Positions 16,388-24,000 of a DNA stretch of 24,000 nt are shown in pieces. The translations under genes were made by a program, and so were the position numbers. The stretch spans positions 44,074 through 68,073 of the forward strand of contig NZ_PQWO01000011.1 of the NCBI RefSeq assembly GCF_003231495.1, written 5' to 3'. This stretch comes from Acaryochloris thomasi RCC1774 (GTDB lineage: Bacteria > Cyanobacteriota > Cyanobacteriia > Thermosynechococcales > Thermosynechococcaceae). Below the pieces are notes generated by a model. The model made no database searches. It had not been told where the DNA came from and saw only the letters and a program-made list of their open reading frames with translations. Within the stretch, counting starts at the first letter, position 1. Each line of letters begins with the position of its first letter.

Positions 16388-18928
16388 GTGCAGCGGGGAA
16401 GCCTATGCAAATGGGCCAAAGAACATCGACTCAGGTTTCATTCGGCTATGTCATCCAATGATTCATCGTCTCAAGCTGCAGATCACCCAAAACCGTTGGC
16501 TTCAGACCCTCCACTTACCGAGATTTCGGCTAACCGCGACGCCCTTTTAGCCGCTTTAACACTGCGAATGCGGCGGTCGCTTAGCTCTAGCGAAATTCTG
16601 CAGGCCACCGTTACTGACCTGCAGCACTTTTTCGCAGCGGAGCGGGTGATTCTCTGTCGGTTCGGTGCTGACTGGCGCGGCATGGTGGTTATGGAGTCGG
16701 CGGGGGCCGGAGTTCCTTCGCTTTTGGGGACAGAAATTGACGCTCGCTCTTCAAGCTCTGACTGGATTGAATCCTACTTAAAAGGTGCAGGACAGGCGAT
16801 TGCCGATCTGACCGTCACCTCTGCAGAAAACGGTGACTTGTCAGAGGACCATCGTAATTTTTTGACGGCACTCCAGGCTCGCTCGCATCTGATCATGCCC
16901 GTTCTCCAGGACCATCAACAGGCCTCAACGCTTGGTGGTTGGGCTGCTAGCGCTCTTCAGGGGCGTTCTCAGCAGGCTCAATTATGGGGGCTACTGGTGG
17001 TGCAGCACTGTTCGGCCCCTCGGCAGTGGCAGGCTGCTGAGATGGAGACACTAGAGCAGTTGAGTACATTGGTTGCGATCGCAATTCGTCAAGGCGATCT
17101 CTATAGCGTTGCCCAAGCCGAACTGATCAAGCGACAGCGCGCCGACGCCGAAAAACGTCGTCTCAAGCAGGTGCTGCAGCAGCGACAGCAAAGTCAGCCC
17201 GCCCTCCATGACACCCTGCAGCAAGAAATTGCTCAGCGTCATCATCTAGAAGCTGTGCTGGCTCATGAACAATCCCTCGCTCAAGTAACGCTGCAGGCTG
17301 TCAGAGATGCTGTGATTACCGTTGATCTAGAGGGCGAAATTCAGACCCTCAACCCCGCCGCCGAACGCCTAACCGGGTGGTCTACAGTAGAGGCCCAGTC
17401 CCATCCTTTAATGACGGTCTTTCGGGTCGTTGATGAGGTCAGTCGTCAACCCCTGATCAGCCCGCTAGAACGGCCAGATGCCCGTGAATACCAGTTGGGT
17501 CTGCTCCTCAATCAAGGCGGTAGTGAACACCTCGTCGACATTGTTGTCATGCCCATTCACAACCAAGATGGGCAGCCCCTCGGCACTGTGGTTGTTTTCA
17601 ACGATGTCACCCAGTCTCATCAGCTAGAACAGGATCTTTCTTGGCATGCAACCCATGACAGTCTGACCCAGTTAATGAATCGACGAACCTTTGAACAAAA
17701 GCTGATCGAGACGATTACTAGAGTCAAAGACACGGATCAACAAAGCGTTTTGTGCTGCATCGACCTTGATCAATTCAAAGTGATCAACGATACCTGTGGC
17801 CATGTTGCCGGCGATCAGTTACTCAAGCAGGTGACGAACCTATTGAAGCAATGGACGCGATCAACAGATACCTTAGCGCGCCTCAGCGGTGATGAATTTG
17901 GCCTCTTGCTCCATCAATGCTCCTTAGAGCAAGCCTCCCAAACGGCAGACGACCTACGAGAACGGCTACAAGAGACCCCCTTCAAATGGCAGGGCCAACG
18001 ATTCAACGTCAGCGCTAGCATTGGTCTGGTCTGCATTGACGCCGATATCCACGATGCACCAATGGCTCTCAGTGCGGCAGATGCAGCCTGCTTTGCCGCC
18101 AAGCAAAAGGGGCGAAACAATCTTCATATCTACCGCAGTACCGATCAAGAACTCGCACAGCAGCGCAATGAGCGCCAGTGGGTTGCTCGCATTCATGAGG
18201 CTCTAGAGAAGGGTCGCTTTCGTCTCTATAGTCAGCCCATCCGCCCTCTAATCGCTGCCCACCCTGATATCCATTGCGAGGTCTTGCTGCGGCTCGTTGA
18301 GAGCGACGGAACGCTCGTTCTGCCGATGGACTTTATCCCTGCGGCTGAGCGCTATGATTTAATGCCCATGATCGATCGCTGGGTGGTTGAGACCTTTTGT
18401 CGTCACTATCAAACGCGTCAATCAAGGGCCAAGAATCTTCGCTGTCTCTACAACATCAACCTGTCGGGCACCAGCATCAACAGCCCTCAGTTTTTGACAT
18501 TTTTGCAGGATCAATTGGCTCGCTACCAGATTCTGCCCGAGACGATTTGTTTTGAAATTACTGAGACCGCTGCTATTTCCGATCTCGATCAGGCCGCTCA
18601 GTTTATTCAATCCTTGAGGCAGCTGGGCTGCAGCTTCGCTCTCGATGATTTCGGACGCGGCATGAGTTCCCTCGCCTACTTGAAAAACTTACCGGTCGAC
18701 TATCTCAAAATTGATGGTGGATTTATTAAGCAGCTTGTGAGCAGTCACACCGACGCCGCCATTGTGGACTGCTTTAATCACCTCAGTCATGAGCTGGGCA
18801 TCTCGACTATTGCTGAATGCGTCGAGAACGACATCACGCTGAAAAGGCTGAAAAGCATGGGAGTTGACTACGTACAAGGATTCGGGATTGCCAAGCCGCT
18901 TCCCCTCAAGTTCTCCTGTGCAGCCTAG
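16388..18928 (+). CDS. GAF-PAS-GGDEF-EAL c-di-GMP signalling protein
   Basis: 846 aa. Domain order is GAF (about aa 60-235, ...LWGLLVVQHC..PRQW...E...L..L...AIAI), a coiled coil, PAS (about aa 295-415), GGDEF (SGDEF at nt 17885..17899 with RSTD five residues upstream), and EAL (EVLLR, EITE, DDFG, KIDG, ECVE, QG). The 16388 start is a GTG; the ATG at 16448 (MSSNDSS...) is a plausible alternative. Confidence 0.9.
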   Translation: MQRGSLCKWAKEHRLRFHSAMSSNDSSSQAADHPKPLASDPPLTEISANRDALLAALTLRMRRSLSSSEILQATVTDLQHFFAAERVILCRFGADWRGMVVMESAGAGVPSLLGTEIDARSSSSDWIESYLKGAGQAIADLTVTSAENGDLSEDHRNFLTALQARSHLIMPVLQDHQQASTLGGWAASALQGRSQQAQLWGLLVVQHCSAPRQWQAAEMETLEQLSTLVAIAIRQGDLYSVAQAELIKRQRADAEKRRLKQVLQQRQQSQPALHDTLQQEIAQRHHLEAVLAHEQSLAQVTLQAVRDAVITVDLEGEIQTLNPAAERLTGWSTVEAQSHPLMTVFRVVDEVSRQPLISPLERPDAREYQLGLLLNQGGSEHLVDIVVMPIHNQDGQPLGTVVVFNDVTQSHQLEQDLSWHATHDSLTQLMNRRTFEQKLIETITRVKDTDQQSVLCCIDLDQFKVINDTCGHVAGDQLLKQVTNLLKQWTRSTDTLARLSGDEFGLLLHQCSLEQASQTADDLRERLQETPFKWQGQRFNVSASIGLVCIDADIHDAPMALSAADAACFAAKQKGRNNLHIYRSTDQELAQQRNERQWVARIHEALEKGRFRLYSQPIRPLIAAHPDIHCEVLLRLVESDGTLVLPMDFIPAAERYDLMPMIDRWVVETFCRHYQTRQSRAKNLRCLYNINLSGTSINSPQFLTFLQDQLARYQILPETICFEITETAAISDLDQAAQFIQSLRQLGCSFALDDFGRGMSSLAYLKNLPVDYLKIDGGFIKQLVSSHTDAAIVDCFNHLSHELGISTIAECVENDITLKRLKSMGVDYVQGFGIAKPLPLKFSCAA

Positions 18929-19038
18929 CGGTGGAGAGTAGAACCTCTTTTGTCCCTATCCAAGACCGCCCATAACTCAGCTTCCGAGCCGTAAGATAGG
19001 GGCAGACTTCCATCTCTTGCGGGTGCCGCAATCACGAT

Positions 19039-20241
19039 ATGACTTCCCTGCGCACGATTGCTGATATCAATCACAAAATTCGTCAGGGCTCGGTTAACGT
19101 GCTGACTGTCGAAGCTCTCAAGGCTCGGGTTGCAGAAGTCGGCGTTCCCCAAACGGCTCAAGAGGTTGATGTGGTGACCACTGGCACCTTTGAACCGATG
19201 GAATCCTCCGGCGCTATTCTCAATTTGGGACATACCGATCCGCCGATCAAAATTCGTCAGTGCTGGATTGATGGGGTGTTGGCTTACTCTGGCTTTGGTG
19301 CTGTCGATCTTTATTTGGGTGCCTCTCAGCCTGCTGAGACCGGTATTAGCGATAACGATGGAGAAGATGCTCGTGAGCGGGGTGGTGGGCATGTCATCGA
19401 AGACTTGATTGCCGGGAAAGCTCTGCCGCTGCGTGCGCTAGGCCAAAGCACAGACTGCTATCCACGCTCGGCCATGAACACGCTGATCACGCGCGAGAGC
19501 ATCAATCAGTTTTACCTTTTTAATCCGCGTAACCTTTATCAAAACTTTCTAGTGGGCGTCAACGGAGGCGATCGGCTCCTCAATACCTATTTGGGACCGC
19601 TGCAGCCTCAGTTGGGCAATGCGGTTTATTCAAATCCCGGTGCTCTTTCGCCTCTCCTCAACGACCCTAAGCTAAGACTCGTTGGAGTGGGTACAAAAAT
19701 TTTTCTCGGGGGCGGAATTGGCTACGTTACCTGGGAAGGTACCCAGCATTTTCCGCTGCAGAAAAGGTTGGCCAACAATACTCCCATTGGCCCCGCCGCG
19801 ACGCTAGCTTTGATTGGTGATGCCAAGCAGATGAACTCTGAGTGGGTTCGGGGCTGCCATTTCAAAAACTATGGCCCCTCGCTCATGCTAGGCGTGGGTG
19901 TTCCCCTACCCGTGCTGGATGAATCCGTGATTCAAGCCTGCGCCGTCAGCGACCAAGAGCTAGTTGCACCTGTGATCGATTTCTCAATTCCTCGACGGGT
20001 GAGACCGACCTTTGGACTCGTGAGCTATGCGCAGCTAAAGTCAGGTTCACTAACGATTGAACGCAAGCGAGTTCGCACAGCTCCCCTTGCGAGTCTCCAC
20101 TTATCGCGACAGGTGGCAATAGAGCTTAAACAGTGGATTGAGTCAGGCGAGTTTACGCTTACTGAACCCGTGGCAGAGATACCTTGCGATCGCACCTTCT
20201 TGCCGCAGGACAGCAGAGGGAGCCAGATGAATCTGACTTGA
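19039..20241 (+). CDS. COG1900 / HcyBio (formerly DUF39) homocysteine-biosynthesis-type protein
   Basis: 400 aa. VDVVTTGTF.PM.SSGA..N, ...DG..AY.G.GAVD.YLGA, GGGHVIEDL..GK, the NP.N.YQN block, and IFLGGG.GYV.W.GTQH resemble the COG1900 domain of the methanogen MA1821/MJ0100 family as I recall it. There are no CBS domains. Confidence 0.75.
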   Translation: MTSLRTIADINHKIRQGSVNVLTVEALKARVAEVGVPQTAQEVDVVTTGTFEPMESSGAILNLGHTDPPIKIRQCWIDGVLAYSGFGAVDLYLGASQPAETGISDNDGEDARERGGGHVIEDLIAGKALPLRALGQSTDCYPRSAMNTLITRESINQFYLFNPRNLYQNFLVGVNGGDRLLNTYLGPLQPQLGNAVYSNPGALSPLLNDPKLRLVGVGTKIFLGGGIGYVTWEGTQHFPLQKRLANNTPIGPAATLALIGDAKQMNSEWVRGCHFKNYGPSLMLGVGVPLPVLDESVIQACAVSDQELVAPVIDFSIPRRVRPTFGLVSYAQLKSGSLTIERKRVRTAPLASLHLSRQVAIELKQWIESGEFTLTEPVAEIPCDRTFLPQDSRGSQMNLT

Positions 20242-20251
20242 TCCCCTACAA

Positions 20252-20392
20252 TTAATCTTCGTGTTCTTCAAAGGGATCAGCGAGTGCCTGAGCTGGCGGA
20301 CCGAAGGCTGTGTATACAGCGTAGACCGTGAATGCAATGACGGTTGCCGCCAAAGTAATGATAAGAACTGTTGCCGGGTCTGAGAGTTGCAT
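20252..20392 (-). CDS. psbN: Photosystem II protein PsbN
   Basis: This gene is not in the supplied track because it is under 60 aa. I translated the minus strand by hand: MQLSDPATVLIITLAATVIAFTVYAVYTAFGPPAQALADPFEEHED (46 aa, TAA stop). It matches the PsbN signature (...ATVL......TG.S.YTAFGPPS..L.DPFE.HE.) and has the classic divergent position next to psbH. Confidence 0.9.
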   Translation of the reverse strand: MQLSDPATVLIITLAATVIAFTVYAVYTAFGPPAQALADPFEEHED

Positions 20393-20412
20393 AATTTTTT
20401 GAGTCAGGTTCC

Positions 20413-20421
20413 TTTATAATA
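20413..20421. promoter_or_regulatory. Overlapping face-to-face -10 elements in the psbN/psbH divergent intergenic region
   Basis: A perfect TATAAT lies on the plus strand at 20415..20420, 50 nt before the psbH ATG. The same AT palindrome reads TATTAT/TATAAA on the minus strand, about 20 nt before the psbN ATG. I saw no good -35 on either side. Confidence 0.35.
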
Positions 20422-20470
20422 TTAACGAATGTTAAAAAACTTTGTTCATTATTATTGTTACAGGTGACCT

Positions 20471-20674
20471 ATGGCAAGACAAACCTGGTTAGGCGACATC
20501 CTTAAGCCATTCAATTCCGAAGCAGGCAAGTTCGTTCCTGGCTGGGGAACAACTCCGGTCATGGTTGGATTTATGATTGCGATGGCGTTGCTATTGTTGA
20601 TCCTGCTTGAGATCTACAATTCTTCAATCATCTTGGACGGTGCAAGCGTTAGCTGGTCTAGCCTTGGCGGCTAG
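20471..20674 (+). CDS. psbH: Photosystem II reaction centre protein H
   Basis: 67 aa. The pattern MA..T.LGDIL.P.NSE.GK..PGWGTTP.M..FM......L.IL.IYNSS.IL.G matches PsbH. Confidence 0.95.
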   Translation: MARQTWLGDILKPFNSEAGKFVPGWGTTPVMVGFMIAMALLLLILLEIYNSSIILDGASVSWSSLGG

Positions 20675-20731
20675 GGCATCTGTCCTATTCCGCGATTGCT
20701 CCTAATGCCTTAGCGGAAAAATTGATATCTT

Positions 20732-20757
20732 AGCCCCGGTTCTGCCGGGGCTTTTTA
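20732..20757 (+). terminator. Rho-independent terminator after psbH
   Basis: AGCCCCGG-TTCTG-CCGGGGCT forms a GC-rich 8-bp stem, followed by TTTTTA. Confidence 0.7.
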
Positions 20758-20825
20758 TCGGCCCGCCTGCAGAGCGATGCTCTAGAATTCAAGGTAAGGC
20801 AATCATTTTTCCAGGAGGAGTCCCC

Positions 20826-21131
20826 ATGAACGTATTTGGCATTGGTCTACCAGAAATGGTGTTGATCCTTGTTGTGGCTCTCCTTATTTTTGGCCCCAAG
20901 AAGCTGCCTGAGATTGGCCGAAGTTTGGGTAAGGGCCTAAAAAGCTTCCAAGATGCCTCTAAAGAGTTTGAGACAGAGTTCAAGCGTGAGGCGGATCGCT
21001 TGAATGACACCCTCAGCGAACCCATGAAAGCAACGCTTGAGACACCGCCCCAGCTTGCTGAGTCACCCACAGACACCACAATGGATCCTCAGGAAACCAC
21101 AGTAGAGGCCCCCACCCCCTCAGAAACCTAA
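20826..21131 (+). CDS. tatA: Twin-arginine translocase subunit TatA/E
   Basis: 101 aa. The N-terminus is MNVFGIGLPEMVLILVVALLIFGPKKLPEIGRSLGKGLKSFQ, followed by an acidic, Pro/Thr-rich tail. AGGAGG at 20813..20818 lies 7 nt before the ATG. Confidence 0.9.
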   Translation: MNVFGIGLPEMVLILVVALLIFGPKKLPEIGRSLGKGLKSFQDASKEFETEFKREADRLNDTLSEPMKATLETPPQLAESPTDTTMDPQETTVEAPTPSET

Positions 21132-21754
21132 TGCCGACCCGTCCCCCCTCTTTAGTGATCCCTTCGCTGATTGTCGGTCTTGGTAATCCGGGCAGCAAGT
21201 ATGACAGAACGCGTCATAATATTGGCTTCGATGCTATTGATCGACTGGCGAGTCGATGGCAGATCCCGCTGGCAGAACAGCGTCGATTTCAAGGGGCAGT
21301 GGGCGACGGCATGGCGATGCCAGGGCACCGCATTCGGCTATTGAAGCCCCAAACCTACATGAATAGATCCGGGCAGTCTATCCGAGCTGTTCTGGATTGG
21401 TTTAAGCTGTCGCCGCAGTCTGTGTTGCTGGTCTATGACGACATGGATTTGCCGGTGGGTAAAATCCGGTTGCGACTGTCGGGTTCAGCCGGTGGTCATA
21501 ATGGGATGAAATCAACCATCTCTCATCTGGGGACTCAAGATTTCCCGCGGCTGCGAATCGGCATCAGCAACCCGCAGGCGTCTGGACCGTCGAAAGATAT
21601 GATCTCTCACGTATTGGGCCGCTTTGCGCCGCAGGAGCTGAAGGTGCTGCCTGCTGTTCTAGATGGCGTTGTCCAGGCCGTGGAAATGAGTCTTACGCAG
21701 GGTGTTGAGAAAACGATGAGTCTTTATAACGGTCTTGATTTAGCGACATTTTGA
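21131..21754 (+). CDS. pth: Peptidyl-tRNA hydrolase
   Basis: 207 aa. Signatures are LIVGLGNPG.KYD.TRHN.GF, KP.TYMN.SG, DD.DLP.G..RLR..GS.GGHNG.KS. Its ATG overlaps the tatA TAA stop by 1 nt (TAATG). Confidence 0.95.
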   Translation: MPTRPPSLVIPSLIVGLGNPGSKYDRTRHNIGFDAIDRLASRWQIPLAEQRRFQGAVGDGMAMPGHRIRLLKPQTYMNRSGQSIRAVLDWFKLSPQSVLLVYDDMDLPVGKIRLRLSGSAGGHNGMKSTISHLGTQDFPRLRIGISNPQASGPSKDMISHVLGRFAPQELKVLPAVLDGVVQAVEMSLTQGVEKTMSLYNGLDLATF

Positions 21755-21830
21755 AACTGAGTAGCCTTGAACGCTGCCAAGTCGTGTTTTGATGATCTAG
21801 GATTATGCTTTGTCGCGCAATCACACTTCT

Positions 21831-22505
21831 ATGACAACTAGCACTCAATTTACGCCGACCCCTGCACAAGTGACGATTTGGTTGCGTGGGTTACTCACGG
21901 TGGCTTGGGCCGATGGGCAGTTCGATGCCGAAGAGCAAGCGCTGATTGAAGGACTTATCTCTCAAGATCCTGTGCCTGAGGTCAAGATAGAGACCTTTGA
22001 ACCGATCTCTGCGGCTGACTTAGCGGCAGGGCTAGGCGATGATCCGCAAACGGCTGAGAACTTTTTACGAACGGCTGTGATGGTTGCTTTAGCCGACGGT
22101 CTTTACTCTAGCCAAGAAGATCAGTTACTAACAGGGTTCGGCAAGGCCCTGAACCTCCAGGTCGATGCCCTCGATTCGCTCCGCCATACTCTAGATGGTG
22201 AACATTCTGATCTCCCAGCTGAGGCGCAGCCATCAGGACAACAGGCACCTGACGTCTTGAAACCTGTTCGACAATGGTTGGATGGCTTTGAAGTCCAAGA
22301 TCCTAAAGTTGCCAAGTTTTTGTGCTCTATGATTCCGTCCCAGTGCCCCTTTGAGCGCACGGTGACTTTGTTTGGCAAGAAAGTGGTTCATATCCCGCCA
22401 CTCTGCAAGCTCAATCCACTCTATGAGCAGTTGGTGGGTCTACGGTTTCGATCGCTATCTTACTTAGCTGACGATTGTAAAGAGGATGTTTCTGCTTACA
22501 TATAG
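21831..22505 (+). CDS. TerB-like N-terminal domain fused to a Mo-dependent-nitrogenase C-terminal (Mo-nitro_C) domain
   Basis: The track ORF starts at a TTG at 21810; I prefer the ATG at 21831. The N-terminal half has two AxADG...E...L helices (LLTVAWADGQFDAEEQALIEGL; AVMVALADGLYSSQEDQLL). The C-terminal ~85 aa (L.P.R.WLD..E...PK.A.F.C..IP.QCPFER...LFG....HIPPLCKLNPLYE..VGLRFR.L.YLAD.C.EDV..Y) matches the Mo-nitro_C family as I recall it. Confidence 0.75.
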   Translation: MTTSTQFTPTPAQVTIWLRGLLTVAWADGQFDAEEQALIEGLISQDPVPEVKIETFEPISAADLAAGLGDDPQTAENFLRTAVMVALADGLYSSQEDQLLTGFGKALNLQVDALDSLRHTLDGEHSDLPAEAQPSGQQAPDVLKPVRQWLDGFEVQDPKVAKFLCSMIPSQCPFERTVTLFGKKVVHIPPLCKLNPLYEQLVGLRFRSLSYLADDCKEDVSAYI

Positions 22506-22592
22506 CAGCGCAGACTCTAGAGCGCCATTGATACTTGTATTTGTGTAGACCGTGGGTGAGTTCAAATGGCTCTGGCCTGGGGTAGGGCAATC

Positions 22593-22618
22593 TCAAAAGA
22601 GGTAAGGACCACCCTTAC
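22593..22618 (-). terminator. Candidate terminator hairpin downstream of the PEP-CTERM gene
   Basis: On the minus strand, GTAAGG-GTGGT-CCTTAC is followed by CTCTTTTG. It starts 9 nt after the stop codon. Confidence 0.45.
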
Positions 22619-22626
22619 ATTAAGCT

Positions 22627-23265
22627 CTACGACTGTTGGCGTTTTTTTCGTGCCGCTAGAGTCAGCCCCAAGAGGAGACCGGAAGCCATAATACTTGAGG
22701 GTTCAGGTACCTGCACTGTCGCTACCCATTTATTGGTGCGAGAATCTGCATTTGTGTCACAAAACTGGCCTGCATCACAGCCGAAGATGCTAGTGAAGTT
22801 GGGCTGCCCCTGCTGCGAAAAGCCGTCTGACAGATTTCCAGTCAAGTCAGGGGAAAAGTTAAAAAAGTTTCTAAACTGAGTCACGGCAACGGTGTAGCTA
22901 CCTGGATCAAGGATAGGACGTAACCCAGAATCTGAGGCAGATCCGGTCACGGGATCAGATTGGCCGAACCCACTGTCGTCGTTGAAATCAATGAAGCTGT
23001 CGCTACTGTCAAAGAGAGAGAGGATGGGGTCAAAGCCACCTGCTTCGGTGCCGTCGCTAAGTGTGCTGCCGCCATAGGAGAGCGTTTCGATTGTGACTTG
23101 ACTTCGGTCACTAACCGTAAAGTTGAATAGAGAGACGTCATCATCTGTTGCTAGGCTACCGGAGAAGCTTAGACTGACAGCCTGTGCTTGTTGTCCTATT
23201 GAAGCAAGAACAATTCCGCTAGACAAGGCAATGCTGGCTGTGAGTGTCGTGAATGAATTAATCAT
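22627..23265 (-). CDS. PEP-CTERM-anchored secreted protein (FDP-motif / DVUA0089-like domain)
   Basis: 212 aa with an N-terminal signal peptide (ASIGQQAQA/VS). The C-terminus has VPEPSS, a hydrophobic helix (IMASGLLLGLTLAA) and RKKRQ, which together form a PEP-CTERM sorting signal. The central GGFDPILSLFD and YTVAVTQF recall the FDP family often fused to PEP-CTERM. Confidence 0.8.
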   Translation of the reverse strand: MINSFTTLTASIALSSGIVLASIGQQAQAVSLSFSGSLATDDDVSLFNFTVSDRSQVTIETLSYGGSTLSDGTEAGGFDPILSLFDSSDSFIDFNDDSGFGQSDPVTGSASDSGLRPILDPGSYTVAVTQFRNFFNFSPDLTGNLSDGFSQQGQPNFTSIFGCDAGQFCDTNADSRTNKWVATVQVPEPSSIMASGLLLGLTLAARKKRQQS

Positions 23266-23313
23266 GTATACGCAGGTGGGCTTGGAGTTTACGTTGATAA
23301 GTTAGTGATTGTC

Positions 23314-24000
23314 TCACTTAGTTGATTCATTGTCCGCTTCATAGGTGGAAGCAATGTAAAGCTCTTGCAACTGTTTGGAGTCTACAGTAGATGGAGCTTG
23401 AGTGAGGAGACAGCGGGCTTGCTGGGTTTTAGGAAATGCGATCGCATCTCGAATCGACTGTTCCCCAGCCAACAACATAACAAGGCGATCAATTCCGAAG
23501 GCAATCCCGCCGTGGGGCGGCGTTCCGTACTTAAACGCCTCTAGCAAAAAGCCAAATTTGTCTTGGGCTTCCTCATCAGAGAGACCAATCGCTTCAAACA
23601 CTTTCTCTTGAAGATCGGCCTGATAGATTCGCAAGCTACCGCCGCCCAGCTCTAAACCGTTGTAGACCAGATCGTAAGCCTGGGCGCGAGCCGTCTTCAG
23701 ATCCTCTTGATCTTCAGGTAGCGGAGCCGTAAATGGATGGTGAATGGCTTCTAGGCGCTTTTCATCCGCGTTCCACTCAAACATCGGGAAGTCTGTGACC
23801 CAGAGCAAGTTGATCTGGTCTGGGTCAATGAGGCCCATCTCCTGCCCAATGGCGAGTCGCAGTCGTGCGAGGGAGGCATTCACAATCTCTGTTGGACCCG
23901 CTCCGAATAAGAGCAGGTGCCCTGGCTTGGCTCCAGTGCGCTCAAGCAGTTCTGCTGTGCGTTTGGGGCTGAGGTTATCTTTAATGGCTCCAATGCTGTC
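23314..24000 (-). CDS. aspS: Aspartate--tRNA ligase, C-terminal part (5' end lies beyond the window)
   Basis: Class II motif-3 region: FLL.A...G.PPHGG.A.G.DRL.ML..G..SIRD.IAFPKT. The frame stays open from 23883 to 24000 ([49 protein letters not shown]). The M at 23883 in the track is therefore an internal GTG Val. Confidence 0.95.
   Translation of the reverse strand, partial: DSIGAIKDNLSPKRTAELLERTGAKPGHLLLFGAGPTEIVNASLARLRLAIGQEMGLIDPDQINLLWVTDFPMFEWNADEKRLEAIHHPFTAPLPEDQEDLKTARAQAYDLVYNGLELGGGSLRIYQADLQEKVFEAIGLSDEEAQDKFGFLLEAFKYGTPPHGGIAFGIDRLVMLLAGEQSIRDAIAFPKTQQARCLLTQAPSTVDSKQLQELYIASTYEADNESTK

Noticed and set aside
18929-19038. Possible SAM/SAH-type riboswitch in the 110-nt leader of the HcyBio gene
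   Set aside because: I could not find the conserved helices or motifs of any riboswitch class I know. Only a weak 4-bp hairpin plus T-run (AGAG..CTCT TTTG) is present, and that is more likely the 3' end of the upstream gene.
18925-19392. 155-aa minus-strand ORF overlapping the 5' end of the HcyBio gene
   Set aside because: It is antisense to a well-supported conserved gene. The translation has no recognisable motif and looks like reverse-frame read-through. It would also overlap the GGDEF-EAL stop codon.
20143-20337. 64-aa minus-strand ORF in the track
   Set aside because: It is in a different frame from the clearly conserved psbN ORF occupying the same DNA, and it overlaps the 3' end of the HcyBio gene.
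1-24000. CRISPR arrays, IS elements/transposases, integrases, rRNA and prophage genes
   Set aside because: I looked for regularly spaced direct repeats, terminal inverted repeats and DDE/tyrosine-recombinase-like ORFs on both strands and found none. The only tandem repeat is the 2 x 15 bp at 15244..15273.

Overview
This is cyanobacterial chromosomal DNA, mostly core housekeeping genes. The taxon call rests on 14 perfect copies of the HIP1 octamer GCGATCGC (about 0.4 expected by chance in 24 kb), plus ndhC, ndhJ, ftrC, psbN/psbH and a plastid-like tRNA-Glu(UUC). I call 26 protein-coding genes (aspS runs off the right edge), one frameshifted PIN-toxin pseudogene, one tRNA, and a few hairpins, short repeats and promoter-like sites. 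psbN (46 aa, 20252..20392, minus strand) is absent from the supplied ORF track because it is short. All product calls come from my recollection of family signatures read off the translations; no database search was run. I found no CRISPR array, transposase, integrase or rRNA. I do not see a convincing, self-contained, previously undescribed multi-gene system here. The best leads are small. (1) An AT-rich islet (about 6090..6900) holds a PIN toxin followed by a Phd-like antitoxin, which is the reverse of the usual order; the toxin has a single-base frameshift and three ACAATTG repeats lie upstream. (2) A protein with a C-terminal J domain has an internally duplicated Gly/Ala-rich N-terminal module I cannot assign, and it sits beside a 4-TM protein and a large TPR protein. 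(3) ndhC is followed directly by ndhJ, with no ndhK between them. (4) A secreted vWA protein carries an SLH-like N-terminus and is tightly coupled to a DUF1643 gene. (5) A stand-alone COG1900/HcyBio homologue of the kind described in anaerobes is present. Other observations are a 21-nt hairpin element present at two convergent gene junctions, a perfect 15-bp tandem duplication abutting a start codon, a TerB-like/Mo-nitrogenase-C fusion, and an SGDEF/EVL hybrid c-di-GMP protein.
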